DNA of 64,000 bases from Camelus dromedarius (taxonomy: Eukaryota), in contig NC_087437.1 in the NCBI RefSeq assembly GCF_036321535.1, positions 2,170,001 through 2,234,000 on the forward strand, given 5' to 3'. Of this stretch, positions 48,028 through 62,100 are shown piece by piece. The notes beneath the pieces were generated by a model, which was not told the origin of the DNA, made no database searches, and saw nothing but the letters and a program-made list of their open reading frames with translations. How positions within the stretch are numbered: the stretch's first letter is position 1; the number at the start of each line of letters is the position of its first letter. A program made the translations under genes and the position numbers.

Positions 48028-51000
48028 ATACTAGTCGCCTCCTCCTCCGTTGGAGAGACGGACAGACACACACATAGTCTAGCTTCAACCATCCTCCAAT
48101 AGATAGTCATTCAGGCAAGCAGTCAAACAGACAGACACACCAGAGGCGGGGTGCCGTCTGCCTACCTGGTTCGGCGGCGGGGCCCGGGGAAGAGGGTGCC
48201 CCTGGTGAACCAGAGGATTTTCTCCCATGTCCCTAGCTGCCTTGCCTCTGGGCGGCCTCCGCTAACCCAAGTTCGCCGGACGCAAGCCTTTGAAGTCAGC
48301 CTGCTCCTGGGAGCCGGCGAGGTAAGGACAGGGGAAGTGGTCAGCGGCAGACACGGAGGCGGCCCAGAACGCAAGAGGGATGCCTCGGCGAGTCGGTCAT
48401 TTTCCTACCATCCCCCCTCTCCTGGCCTCGGGGCGGCCTCTGCTACCGCAGGTGTGCGGCAATTAATTCTCCTTGTCAGCCAGGTCCTGGGAGTCTGTCC
48501 AGGTGAGCCCAAGGGACACGGACGTCGCGGGGAGCGGACTGCCTCGGGTTAGCCGATCAGTTTGCTCCCATCCCCACAAGCGCCTGGCCTGGGGGCGGCC
48601 TGTCCTGCGCCAGGTTCAGAGTATGCACGTTTCCAGCTCAGCCAGCCCACCCGAGGCCGGCGCGCTGTGATCAGGGTCTGCAATGAGAAGTCGGGGCTGA
48701 CTCACCGAGCCCGTGTATTTGTTCAGATCTCCCTCTTGGCTGGTCCTGGGCTAGGCCTCTACTACCCTAGGTCCACGAGGTGCTCATCTCTGTGTTTTTC
48801 AGCTCCGGGGAAGCGAGTGCGGGGTGGTCAGGGGGCGGGGAGGGGGCGGGGCGGGGGCGGGGCGGGGGCAGCTACAGAGAGGGCTGAAGCGGGATGCACG
48901 GGCTGCCCAGGCAAGCCTGCGGAATTCCATCCAGTGTCCCCCTCGGCCTGCAATGCGGGCGCCCTCTGCTGCTTCAGGGTGGCAATTGGCATCCCTCCAG
49001 GTGGGTCGAGTACTGGGAGGCTTCCTCCTTTAGACAGACAGAGAGACAAATAAAGAGACAGACAGACACACTAGCCTCTTCATCCATTGAGAAACAGCCG
49101 TATATCCTAACCTCCTCCTCCTCATTCATTATATAGGTAGACAGATACATATATAGACAGACACACACACACACATACACACACTAGCCTCTTCCTACTC
49201 CTCAATTAAGTAGGTAGAGAGACACACTAATCTCCTCCTCCTTTAGATAATACATAGACAAACTTAATACATTTTTCTCCTCCTCCATTAGATAGATGGA
49301 AAGTGAGATTGACCGATACACCCAGTAGCCGCTACCTTCTCCTGTTAGAGATACCGAGAGATAGCCAGACACATGGGATTATTTCTTCTTCTCCATTTGA
49401 TATAGATAGAGACACACTCACAGACACACAGACAGACAGACACACTACTCTTCTCCTGCTCTGACAGACAGAGAGATAGACACTCTAGCCTCCTCCTTCT
49501 TCTCGAATACATACAGCTGCATAGATAGATATCTCCTATATAGACAGACAGACTTACTAGCTTACTCCTCGTCCATTCGATGCACACATAGACTGTTAGA
49601 CAGACACAGTAGCCTCTTCCCCTCTTTGTTACACATACTTTGATAAAGAGACCCGCACGCACACACACACACACATACACACAGGCTAGCATCCTCCTCT
49701 TCCTCAAGTAGGTAGATAGGGAGATAGAAACACTAAATTCCTGCTCCGACAGACACACAAATAAAAAGACACACTTGCCTACTGCTGTGCCTGAACTACA
49801 TAGGTCGATTTTTACACAGATTGATAGATACACAGATAGATAGAGAGATAGATAGGTAGAGAGGCAGGCAAATGGAGAGACATAATTTTCGCCTCCTCCT
49901 CCAGTAGATATATAGACAGACACACACATAGTCTAGCCTCTCGCATCCTCCAATAGATAGACAATCAGCCAGGCAGTCAGACAGACTGACACACGTGAGG
50001 CGCTGTGCAGTTTGGGGTTGGGTTTCAGCGGCGTCCACCGTGGACAGTTGTGCCCCTGGCGAGTCATAGGATTTTATCCCATGTCCCTAGCTGCCTTGCC
50101 TGCGGGCGGCCCCCGCTCCCCCAAATTCGACGGACTGAAGCTTTCAAGTTAGCCTGCTCGTGGCAGCAGGCGTTGTAAGGAAAGTGGAAGAGGTGAGCGG
50201 CAGCTCCGGAAGCGGCAGAGCATCTAAGGGGGATGCCTCGGCGAATCGGTCATTTTCCTCCCATTTCCCCCTCTCCTGGCCTCGGGGCAGCCTCTGCTAC
50301 CCCAGGAGTGCGGGATTTCGTTGTCCTTGTCAGCCAGGTCCTAGGAAGCTGTCGAGGTGTGCTCAGGGAACAGGGATGTCGCTTCTAGAGGACTGCCTCG
50401 GGTGAGCCGATCAGTTTGCTCCCATCTCCACAAGCGCCTGGCCTGGGGGCGGCCTCTCCTTCCCCAGGTTCCCAGTATGCATGTTTCCAGCTCAGCCTGT
50501 GCCCTTAGGCAGGCGCGGTGTTCTTAGGGGCTGCATTGAGGAGGCGGGGCTGCTCCACCGAGCCCGTGTATTTGCACAGATCTCCCCGTTGACCGGTCCT
50601 AGGGTTGGTCTCTGCTACCCTAGGTACACGATATACACATCTCGTTGTTTTCCGGCCCCCGGGAGGCAAGTGCGGGGTGGTCAGGGGGCGGGGGGGGGGG
50701 GTGGCGTTGGCGCCTACACAGAGGGAGGAAGAGGGATGCACGGGCTGTCCAGGGAAGCCTGTGGATTTCCATCCAGTGTCCCCCTCGGCGTGCAATGATG
50801 GCACCCTCTGCTGCTTCAGGGTGACAATTGGCATCCCTCCAGCTGGGCCTAATAAAGGGAGGCTTCCTCCATTAGACAGACAGAGAGACATATAAAGAGA
50901 CAGACAGACACACTAGCCTCTTCATCCATTGAGAAACAGCCGTATATCCTAACCTCCTCCTCCTCATTCATTATATAGGTAGGCAGATACATATATAGAC

Positions 51001-53371
51001 AGACACACACACACACATACACACACTAGCCTCTTCCTACTCCTCAATTATGTAGGTAGAGAGACACACTAATCTCCTCCTCCATTAGATAATACATAGA
51101 CAAACTTAATACATTTTTCTCCTCCTCCATTAGATAGATGGAAAGTGAGATTGACCGATACACCCAGTAGCCGCTACCTTCTCCTGTTAGAGATACCGAG
51201 AGATAGCCAGACACATGGGATTATTTCTTCTTCTCCATTTGATATAGATAGAGACACACTCACAGACACACAGACAGACAGACACACTACTCTTCTCCTG
51301 CTCTGACAGACAGAGAGATAGACACTCTAGCCTCCTCCTTCTTCTCGAATACATACAGCTGCATAGATAGATATCTCCTATATAGACAGACAGACTTACT
51401 AGCTTACTCCTCGTCCATTCGATGCACACATAGACTGTTAGACAGACACAGTAGCCTCTTCCCCTCTTTGTTACACATACTTTGATAAAGAGACCCGCAC
51501 GCACACACACACACACATACACACAGGCTAGCATCCTCCTCTTCCTCAAGTAGGTAGATAGGGAGATAGAAACACTAAATTCCTGCTCCGACAGACACAC
51601 AAATAAAAAGACACACTTGCCTACTGCTGTGCCTGAACTACATAGGTCGATTTTTACACAGATTGATAGATACACAGATAGATAGAGAGATAGATAGGTA
51701 GAGAGGCAGGCAAATGGAGAGACATAATTTTCGCCTCCTCCTCCAGTAGATATATAGACAGACACACACATAGTCTAGCCTCTCGCATCCTCCAATAGAT
51801 AGACAATCAGCCAGGCAGTCAGACAGACTGACACACGTGAGGCGCTGTGCAGTTTGGGGTTGGGTTTCAGCGGCGTCCACCGGGGACAGTTGTGCCCCTG
51901 GCGAGTCATAGGATTTTATCCCATGTCCCTAGCTGCCTTGCCTGCGGGCGGCCCCCGCTCCCCCAAATTCGACGAACTGAAGCTTTCAAGTTAGCCTGCT
52001 CGTGGCAGCAGGCGTTGTAAGGAAAGTGGAAGAGGTCAGCGGCAGCTCCGGAAGCGGCAGAGCATCTAAGGGGGATGCCTTGGCGAATCGGTCATTTTCC
52101 TCCCATTTCCCCCTCTCCTGGCCTCGGGGCAGCCTCTGCTACCGCAGGAGTGCGGGATTTCGTTGTCCTTCTCAGCCAGGTCCTAGGAAGCTGTCGAGGT
52201 GTGCTCAGGGAACAGGGATTTTACTTCTAGAGGACTGCCTCGGGTGAGCCGATCAGTTTGCTCCCATCTCCAAAAGCGCCTGGCCTGGGGGCGGCCTCTC
52301 CTTCCCCAGGTTCCCAGTATGCATGTTTCCAGCTCAGCCTGTGCCCTTAGGCAGGCGCGGTGTTCTTAGGGGCTGCATTGAGGAGGCGGGGCTGCTCCAC
52401 CGAGCCCGTGTATTTGCACAGATCTCCCCGTTGACCGGTCCTAGGGTTGGTCTCTGCTACCCTAGTTACACGATGTACACATCTCGGTGTTTTCCGGCTC
52501 CCGGGAGGCAAGTGCGGGGTGGTCAGGGGGCGGGGTGGGGGGTTGGAGTGGCGGTGGCGCCTACACAGAGGGAAGAAGAGGGATGCACGGGCTGTCCAGG
52601 GAAGCCTGTGGATTTCCATCCAGTGTCCCCCTCGGCGTGCAATAAGGGCGCCCTCTGCTGCTTCAGGGTGGGATTTGGCAACCCTCCAGCTGGGCCTAAT
52701 AAAGGGAGGCTTCCTCCATTAGAGAGAGAGACATAAAATAGACAGACAGACACACTAGCCTCTTCCTCCATTTAGAAACACCCATATGTCTTAACCTTCT
52801 CCTCCTAATCCATTATATAGGTAGACAGATACATACATAGACAGACAGACAGACAGACACACACACACACACAAACCCAAACCCACACACAACCTTCCCT
52901 CCTACCAGTCCTCAATTAAGTAGGTAGAGAGACACACTAATCGCCTTCTCCATTAGATAATAAACAGACAAACGGTATAGACTATTTCTACTCCTCATTT
53001 AGATAGATGGAATGTGAGACTGACGCATTCACACACTAGCCTCTACCTTCTCCTGTTAGAGAGACAGACAGATAGCCAGACTCATGAAATCCTCCATCTT
53101 CTCCATTAGATATACATAGAGAAATCTCTAAGATGCACAGTGAGACAAACACTAGTCTTCTCCTCCTCTGACAGGCCGAGGGATAGATAATCAAGCCTCC
53201 TCATTCTTTTCCATTAGGTATAGTTACATACATACATATCTGATAATAGACAGCCAGACAGACATACTAGCCTACTCTTCCTCCATCAGATACATACATA
53301 GACTGATAGACAGATACAGTAGGCTCCTCCCCCTTTAGATACAGATACATAGATAGACATCCCCACGAGCC

Positions 53372-53412
<41 letters not shown>

Positions 53413-53571
53413 GCCTTCTCCTCTTCCTCAAAGAGCTAGATAGTTATATAGACACACTAAAATTCTACTCCAACAGACAGAATTTTAAATGACACACTAT
53501 CTTACTGCTATGCCTCCCCACATAGATAGATAGCTAGCCAGATCGATAGAGAGGCAGGCAAATAGAGAGTC
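48028..53571. repeat. HOR9, A-B-C (5544 bp), sister copy of HOR4
   Basis: Shares SNPs at 48060, 48815 and 50633 and the G12 run. Confidence 0.96.
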
Positions 53572-56500
53572 ATACTAGTCGCCTCCTCCTCCGTTGGAGA
53601 GACAGACAGACACACACATAGTCTAGCTTCAACCATCCTCCAATAGATAGTCATTCAGGCAAGCAGTCAAACAGACAGACACACCAGAGGCGGGGTGCCG
53701 TCTGCCTACCTGGTTCGGCGGCGGGGCCCGGGGAAGAGGGTGCCCCTGGTGAACCAGAGGATTTTCTCCCATGTCCCTAGCTGCCTTGCCTCTGGGCGGC
53801 CTCCGCTAACCCAAGTTCGCCGGACGCAAGCCTTTGAAGTCAGCCTGCTCCTGGGAGCCGGCGAGGTAAGGACAGGGGAAGTGGTCAGCGGCAGACACGG
53901 AGGCGGCCCAGAACGCAAGAGGGATGCCTCGGCGAGTCGGTCATTTTCCTACCATCCCCCCTCTCCTGGCCTCGGGGCGGCCTCTGCTACCGCAGGTGTG
54001 CGGCAATTAATTCTCCTTGTCAGCCAGGTCCTGGGAGTCTGTCCAGGTGAGCCCAAGGGACACGGACGTCGCGGGGAGCGGACTGCCTCGGGTTAGCCGA
54101 TCAGTTTGCTCCCATCCCCACAAGCGCCTGGCCTGGGGGCGGCCTGTCCTGCGCCAGGTTCAGAGTATGCACGTTTCCAGCTCAGCCAGCCCACCCGAGG
54201 CCGGCGCGCTGTGATCAGGGTCTGCAATGAGAAGTCGGGGCTGACTCACCGAGCCCGTGTATTTGTTCAGATCTCCCTCTTGGCTGGTCCTGGGCTAGGC
54301 CTCTACTACCCTAGGTCCACGAGGTGCTCATCTCTGTGTTTTTCAGCTCCGGGGAAGCCAGTGCGGGGTGGTCAGGGGGCGGGGAGGGGGCGGGGCGGGG
54401 GCGGGGCGGGGGCAGCTACAGAGAGGGCTGAAGCGGGATGCACGGGCTGCCCAGGCAAGCCTGCGGAATTCCATCCAGTGTCCCCCTCGGCCTGCAATGC
54501 GGGCGCCCTCTGCTGCTTCAGGGTGGCAATTGGCATCCCTCCAGGTGGGTCGAGTACTGGGAGGCTTCCTCCTTTAGACAGACAGAGAGACAAATAAAGA
54601 GACAGACAGACACACTAGCCTCTTCATCCATTGAGAAACAGCCGTATATCCTAACCTCCTCCTCCTCATTCATTATATAGGTAGACAGATACATATATAG
54701 ACAGACACACACACACACATACACACACTAGCCTCTTCCTACTCCTCAATTAAGTAGGTAGAGAGACACACTAATCTCCTCCTCCTTTAGATAATACATA
54801 GACAAACTTAATACATTTTTCTCCTCCTCCATTAGATAGATGGAAAGTGAGATTGACCGATACACCCAGTAGCCGCTACCTTCTCCTGTTAGAGATACCG
54901 AGAGATAGCCAGACACATGGGATTATTTCTTCTTCTCCATTTGATATAGATAGAGACACACTCACAGACACACAGACAGACAGACACACTACTCTTCTCC
55001 TGCTCTGACAGACAGAGAGATAGACACTCTAGCCTCCTCCTTCTTCTCGAATACATACAGCTGCATAGATAGATATCTCCTATATAGACAGACAGACTTA
55101 CTAGCTTACTCCTCGTCCATTCGATGCACACATAGACTGTTAGACAGACACAGTAGCCTCTTCCCCTCTTTGTTACACATACTTTGATAAAGAGACCCGC
55201 ACGCACACACACACACACATACACACAGGCTAGCATCCTCCTCTTCCTCAAGTAGGTAGATAGGGAGATAGAAACACTAAATTCCTGCTCCGACAGACAC
55301 ACAAATAAAAAGACACACTTGCCTACTGCTGTGCCTGAACTACATAGGTCGATTTTTACACAGATTGATAGATACACAGATAGATAGAGAGATAGATAGG
55401 TAGAGAGGCAGGCAAATGGAGAGACATAATTTTCGCCTCCTCCTCCAGTAGATATATAGACAGACACACACATAGTCTAGCCTCTCGCATCCTCCAATAG
55501 ATAGACAATCAGCCAGGCAGTCAGACAGACTGACACACGTGAGGCGCTGTGCAGTTTGGGGTTGGGTTTCAGCGGCGTCCACCGTGGACAGTTGTGCCCC
55601 TGGCGAGTCATAGGATTTTATCCCATGTCCCTAGCTGCCTTGCCTGCGGGCGGCCCCCGCTCCCCCAAATTCGACGGACTGAAGCTTTCAAGTTAGCCTG
55701 CTCGTGGCAGCAGGCGTTGTAAGGAAAGTGGAAGAGGTGAGCGGCAGCTCCGGAAGCGGCAGAGCATCTAAGGGGGATGCCTCGGCGAATCGGTCATTTT
55801 CCTCCCATTTCCCCCTCTCCTGGCCTCGGGGCAGCCTCTGCTACCCCAGGAGTGCGGGATTTCGTTGTCCTTGTCAGCCAGGTCCTAGGAAGCTGTCGAG
55901 GTGTGCTCAGGGAACAGGGATGTCGCTTCTAGAGGACTGCCTCGGGTGAGCCGATCAGTTTGCTCCCATCTCCACAAGCGCCTGGCCTGGGGGCGGCCTC
56001 TCCTTCCCCAGGTTCCCAGTATGCATGTTTCCAGCTCAGCCTGTGCCCTTAGGCAGGCGCGGTGTTCTTAGGGGCTGCATTGAGGAGGCGGGGCTGCTCC
56101 ACCGAGCCCGTGTATTTGCACAGATCTCCCCGTTGACCGGTCCTAGGGTTGGTCTCTGCTACCCTAGGTACACGATGTACACATCTCGTTGTTTTCCGGC
56201 CCCCGGGAGGCAAGTGCGGGGTGGTCAGGGGGCGGGGGGGGGGGTGGCGTTGGCGCCTACACAGAGGGAGGAAGAGGGATGCACGGGCTGTCCAGGGAAG
56301 CCTGTGGATTTCCATCCAGTGTCCCCCTCGGCGTGCAATGATGGCACCCTCTGCTGCTTCAGGGTGACAATTGGCATCCCTCCAGCTGGGCCTAATAAAG
56401 GGAGGCTTCCTCCATTAGACAGACAGAGAGACATATAAAGAGACAGACAGACACACTAGCCTCTTCATCCATTGAGAAACAGCCGTATATCCTAACCTCC

Positions 56501-58914
56501 TCCTCCTCATTCATTATATAGGTAGGCAGATACATATATAGACAGACACACACACACACATACACACACTAGCCTCTTCCTACTCCTCAATTATGTAGGT
56601 AGAGAGACACACTAATCTCCTCCTCCATTAGATAATACATAGACAAACTTAATACATTTTTCTCCTCCTCCATTAGATAGATGGAAAGTGAGATTGACCG
56701 ATACACCCAGTAGCCGCTACCTTCTCCTGTTAGAGATACCGAGAGATAGCCAGACACATGGGATTATTTCTTCTTCTCCATTTGATATAGATAGAGACAC
56801 ACTCACAGACACACAGACAGACAGACACACTACTCTTCTCCTGCTCTGACAGACAGAGAGATAGACACTCTAGCCTCCTCCTTCTTCTCGAATACATACA
56901 GCTGCATAGATAGATATCTCCTATATAGACAGACAGACTTACTAGCTTACTCCTCGTCCATTCGATGCACACATAGACTGTTAGACAGACACAGTAGCCT
57001 CTTCCCCTCTTTGTTACACATACTTTGATAAAGAGACCCGCACGCACACACACACACACATACACACAGGCTAGCATCCTCCTCTTCCTCAAGTAGGTAG
57101 ATAGGGAGATAGAAACACTAAATTCCTGCTCCGACAGACACACAAATAAAAAGACACACTTGCCTACTGCTGTGCCTGAACTACATAGGTCGATTTTTAC
57201 ACAGATTGATAGATACACAGATAGATAGAGAGATAGATAGGTAGAGAGGCAGGCAAATGGAGAGACATAATTTTCGCCTCCTCCTCCAGTAGATATATAG
57301 ACAGACACACACATAGTCTAGCCTCTCGCATCCTCCAATAGATAGACAATCAGCCAGGCAGTCAGACAGACTGACACACGTGAGGCGCTGTGCAGTTTGG
57401 GGTTGGGTTTCAGCGGCGTCCACCGGGGACAGTTGTGCCCCTGGCGAGTCATAGGATTTTATCCCATGTCCCTAGCTGCCTTGCCTGCGGGCGGCCCCCG
57501 CTCCCCCAAATTCGACGAACTGAAGCTTTCAAGTTAGCCTGCTCGTGGCAGCAGGCGTTGTAAGGAAAGTGGAAGAGGTCAGCGGCAGCTCCGGAAGCGG
57601 CAGAGCATCTAAGGGGGATGCCTTGGCGAATCGGTCATTTTCCTCCCATTTCCCCCTCTCCTGGCCTCGGGGCAGCCTCTGCTACCGCAGGAGTGCGGGA
57701 TTTCGTTGTCCTTCTCAGCCAGGTCCTAGGAAGCTGTCGAGGTGTGCTCAGGGAACAGGGATTTTACTTCTAGAGGACTGCCTCGGGTGAGCCGATCAGT
57801 TTGCTCCCATCTCCAAAAGCGCCTGGCCTGGGGGCGGCCTCTCCTTCCCCAGGTTCCCAGTATGCATGTTTCCAGCTCAGCCTGTGCCCTTAGGCAGGCG
57901 CGGTGTTCTTAGGGGCTGCATTGAGGAGGCGGGGCTGCTCCACCGAGCCCGTGTATTTGCACAGATCTCCCCGTTGACCGGTCCTAGGGTTGGTCTCTGC
58001 TACCCTAGTTACACGATGTACACATCTCGGTGTTTTCCGGCTCCCGGGAGGCAAGTGCGGGGTGGTCAGGGGGCGGGGTGGGGGGTTGGAGTGGCGGTGG
58101 CGCCTACACAGAGGGAAGAAGAGGGATGCACGGGCTGTCCAGGGAAGCCTGTGGATTTCCATCCAGTGTCCCCCTCGGCGTGCAATAAGGGCGCCCTCTG
58201 CTGCTTCAGGGTGGGATTTGGCAACCCTCCAGCTGGGCCTAATAAAGGGAGGCTTCCTCCATTAGAGAGAGAGACATAAAATAGACAGACAGACACACTA
58301 GCCTCTTCCTCCATTTAGAAACACCCATATGTCTTAACCTTCTCCTCCTAATCCATTATATAGGTAGACAGATACATACATAGACAGACAGACAGACAGA
58401 CACACACACACACACAAACCCAAACCCACACACAACCTTCCCTCCTACCAGTCCTCAATTAAGTAGGTAGAGAGACACACTAATCGCCTTCTCCATTAGA
58501 TAATAAACAGACAAACGGTATAGACTATTTCTACTCCTCATTTAGATAGATGGAATGTGAGACTGACGCATTCACACACTAGCCTCTACCTTCTCCTGTT
58601 AGAGAGACAGACAGATAGCCAGACTCATGAAATCCTCCATCTTCTCCATTAGATATACATAGAGAAATCTCTAAGATGCACAGTGAGACAAACACTAGTC
58701 TTCTCCTCCTCTGACAGGCCGAGGGATAGATAATCAAGCCTCCTCATTCTTTTCCATTAGGTATAGTTACATACATACATATCTGATAATAGACAGCCAG
58801 ACAGACATACTAGCCTACTCTTCCTCCATCAGATACATACATAGACTGATAGACAGATACAGTAGGCTCCTCCCCCTTTAGATACAGATACATAGATAGA
58901 CATCCCCACGAGCC

Positions 58915-58955
<41 letters not shown>

Positions 58956-59114
58956 GCCTTCTCCTCTTCCTCAAAGAGCTAGATAGTTATATAGACACAC
59001 TAAAATTCTACTCCAACAGACAGAATTTTAAATGACACACTATCTTACTGCTATGCCTCCCCACATAGATAGATAGCTAGCCAGATCGATAGAGAGGCAG
59101 GCAAATAGAGAGTC
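53572..59114. repeat. HOR10, A-B-C (5543 bp)
   Basis: Anchor spacing; marker ORFs at 53695, 55704 and 57545. Confidence 0.96.
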
Positions 59115-62100
59115 ATACTAGTCGCCTCCTCCTCCGTTGGAGAGACAGACAGACACACACATAGTCTAGCTTCAACCATCCTCCAATAGATAGTCATTCA
59201 GGCAAGCAGTCAAACAGACAGACACACCAGAGGCGGGGTGCCGTCTGCCTACCTGGTTCGGCGGCGGGGCCCGGGGAAGAGGGTGCCCCTGGTGAACCAG
59301 AGGATTTTCTCCCATGTCCCTAGCTGCCTTGCCTCTGGGCGGCCTCCGCTAACCCAAGTTCGCCGGACGCAAGCCTTTGAAGTCAGCCTGCTCCTGGGAG
59401 CCGGCGAGGTAAGGACAGGGGAAGTGGTCAGCGGCAGACACGGAGGCGGCCCAGAACGCAAGAGGGATGCCTCGGCGAGTCGGTCATTTTCCTACCATCC
59501 CCCCTCTCCTGGCCTCGGGGCGGCCTCTGCTACCGCAGGTGTGCGGCAATTAATTCTCCTTGTCAGCCAGGTCCTGGGAGTCTGTCCAGGTGAGCCCAAG
59601 GGACACGGACGTCGCGGGGAGCGGACTGCCTCGGGTTAGCCGATCAGTTTGCTCCCATCCCCACAAGCGCCTGGCCTGGGGGCGGCCTGTCCTGCGCCAG
59701 GTTCAGAGTATGCACGTTTCCAGCTCAGCCAGCCCACCCGAGGCCGGCGCGCTGTGATCAGGGTCTGCAATGAGAAGTCGGGGCTGACTCACCGAGCCCG
59801 TGTATTTGTTCAGATCTCCCTCTTGGCTGGTCCTGGGCTAGGCCTCTACTACCCTAGGTCCACGAGGTGCTCATCTCTGTGTTTTTCAGCTCCGGGGAAG
59901 CCAGTGCGGGGTGGTCAGGGGGCGGGGAGGGGGCGGGGCGGGGGCGGGGCGGGGGCAGCTACAGAGAGGGCTGAAGCGGGATGCACGGGCTGCCCAGGCA
60001 AGCCTGCGGAATTCCATCCAGTGTCCCCCTCGGCCTGCAATGCGGGCGCCCTCTGCTGCTTCAGGGTGGCAATTGGCATCCCTCCAGGTGGGTCGAGTAC
60101 TGGGAGGCTTCCTCCTTTAGACAGACAGAGAGACAAATAAAGAGACAGACAGACACACTAGCCTCTTCATCCATTGAGAAACAGCCGTATATCCTAACCT
60201 CCTCCTCCTCATTCATTATATAGGTAGACAGATACATATATAGACAGACACACACACACACATACACACACTAGCCTCTTCCTACTCCTCAATTAAGTAG
60301 GTAGAGAGACACACTAATCTCCTCCTCCTTTAGATAATACATAGACAAACTTAATACATTTTTCTCCTCCTCCATTAGATAGATGGAAAGTGAGATTGAC
60401 CGATACACCCAGTAGCCGCTACCTTCTCCTGTTAGAGATACCGAGAGATAGCCAGACACATGGGATTATTTCTTCTTCTCCATTTGATATAGATAGAGAC
60501 ACACTCACAGACACACAGACAGACAGACACACTACTCTTCTCCTGCTCTGACAGACAGAGAGATAGACACTCTAGCCTCCTCCTTCTTCTCGAATACATA
60601 CAGCTGCATAGATAGATATCTCCTATATAGACAGACAGACTTACTAGCTTACTCCTCGTCCATTCGATGCACACATAGACTGTTAGACAGACACAGTAGC
60701 CTCTTCCCCTCTTTGTTACACATACTTTGATAAAGAGACCCGCACGCACACACACACACACATACACACAGGCTAGCATCCTCCTCTTCCTCAAGTAGGT
60801 AGATAGGGAGATAGAAACACTAAATTCCTGCTCCGACAGACACACAAATAAAAAGACACACTTGCCTACTGCTGTGCCTGAACTACATAGGTCGATTTTT
60901 ACACAGATTGATAGATACACAGATAGATAGAGAGATAGATAGGTAGAGAGGCAGGCAAATGGAGAGACATAATTTTCGCCTCCTCCTCCAGTAGATATAT
61001 AGACAGACACACACATAGTCTAGCCTCTCGCATCCTCCAATAGATAGACAATCAGCCAGGCAGTCAGACAGACTGACACACGTGAGGCGCTGTGCAGTTT
61101 GGGGTTGGGTTTCAGCGGCGTCCACCGTGGACAGTTGTGCCCCTGGCGAGTCATAGGATTTTATCCCATGTCCCTAGCTGCCTTGCCTGCGGGCGGCCCC
61201 CGCTCCCCCAAATTCGACGGACTGAAGCTTTCAAGTTAGCCTGCTCGTGGCAGCAGGCGTTGTAAGGAAAGTGGAAGAGGTGAGCGGCAGCTCCGGAAGC
61301 GGCAGAGCATCTAAGGGGGATGCCTCGGCGAATCGGTCATTTTCCTCCCATTTCCCCCTCTCCTGGCCTCGGGGCAGCCTCTGCTACCCCAGGAGTGCGG
61401 GATTTCGTTGTCCTTGTCAGCCAGGTCCTAGGAAGCTGTCGAGGTGTGCTCAGGGAACAGGGATGTCGCTTCTAGAGGACTGCCTCGGGTGAGCCGATCA
61501 GTTTGCTCCCATCTCCACAAGCGCCTGGCCTGGGGGCGGCCTCTCCTTCCCCAGGTTCCCAGTATGCATGTTTCCAGCTCAGCCTGTGCCCTTAGGCAGG
61601 CGCGGTGTTCTTAGGGGCTGCATTGAGGAGGCGGGGCTGCTCCACCGAGCCCGTGTATTTGCACAGATCTCCCCGTTGACCGGTCCTAGGGTTGGTCTCT
61701 GCTACCCTAGGTACACGATGTACACATCTCGTTGTTTTCCGGCCCCCGGGAGGCAAGTGCGGGGTGGTCAGGGGGCGGGGGGGGGGGTGGCGTTGGCGCC
61801 TACACAGAGGGAGGAAGAGGGATGCACGGGCTGTCCAGGGAAGCCTGTGGATTTCCATCCAGTGTCCCCCTCGGCGTGCAATGATGGCACCCTCTGCTGC
61901 TTCAGGGTGACAATTGGCATCCCTCCAGCTGGGCCTAATAAAGGGAGGCTTCCTCCATTAGACAGACAGAGAGACATATAAAGAGACAGACAGACACACT
62001 AGCCTCTTCATCCATTGAGAAACAGCCGTATATCCTAACCTCCTCCTCCTCATTCATTATATAGGTAGGCAGATACATATATAGACAGACACACACACAC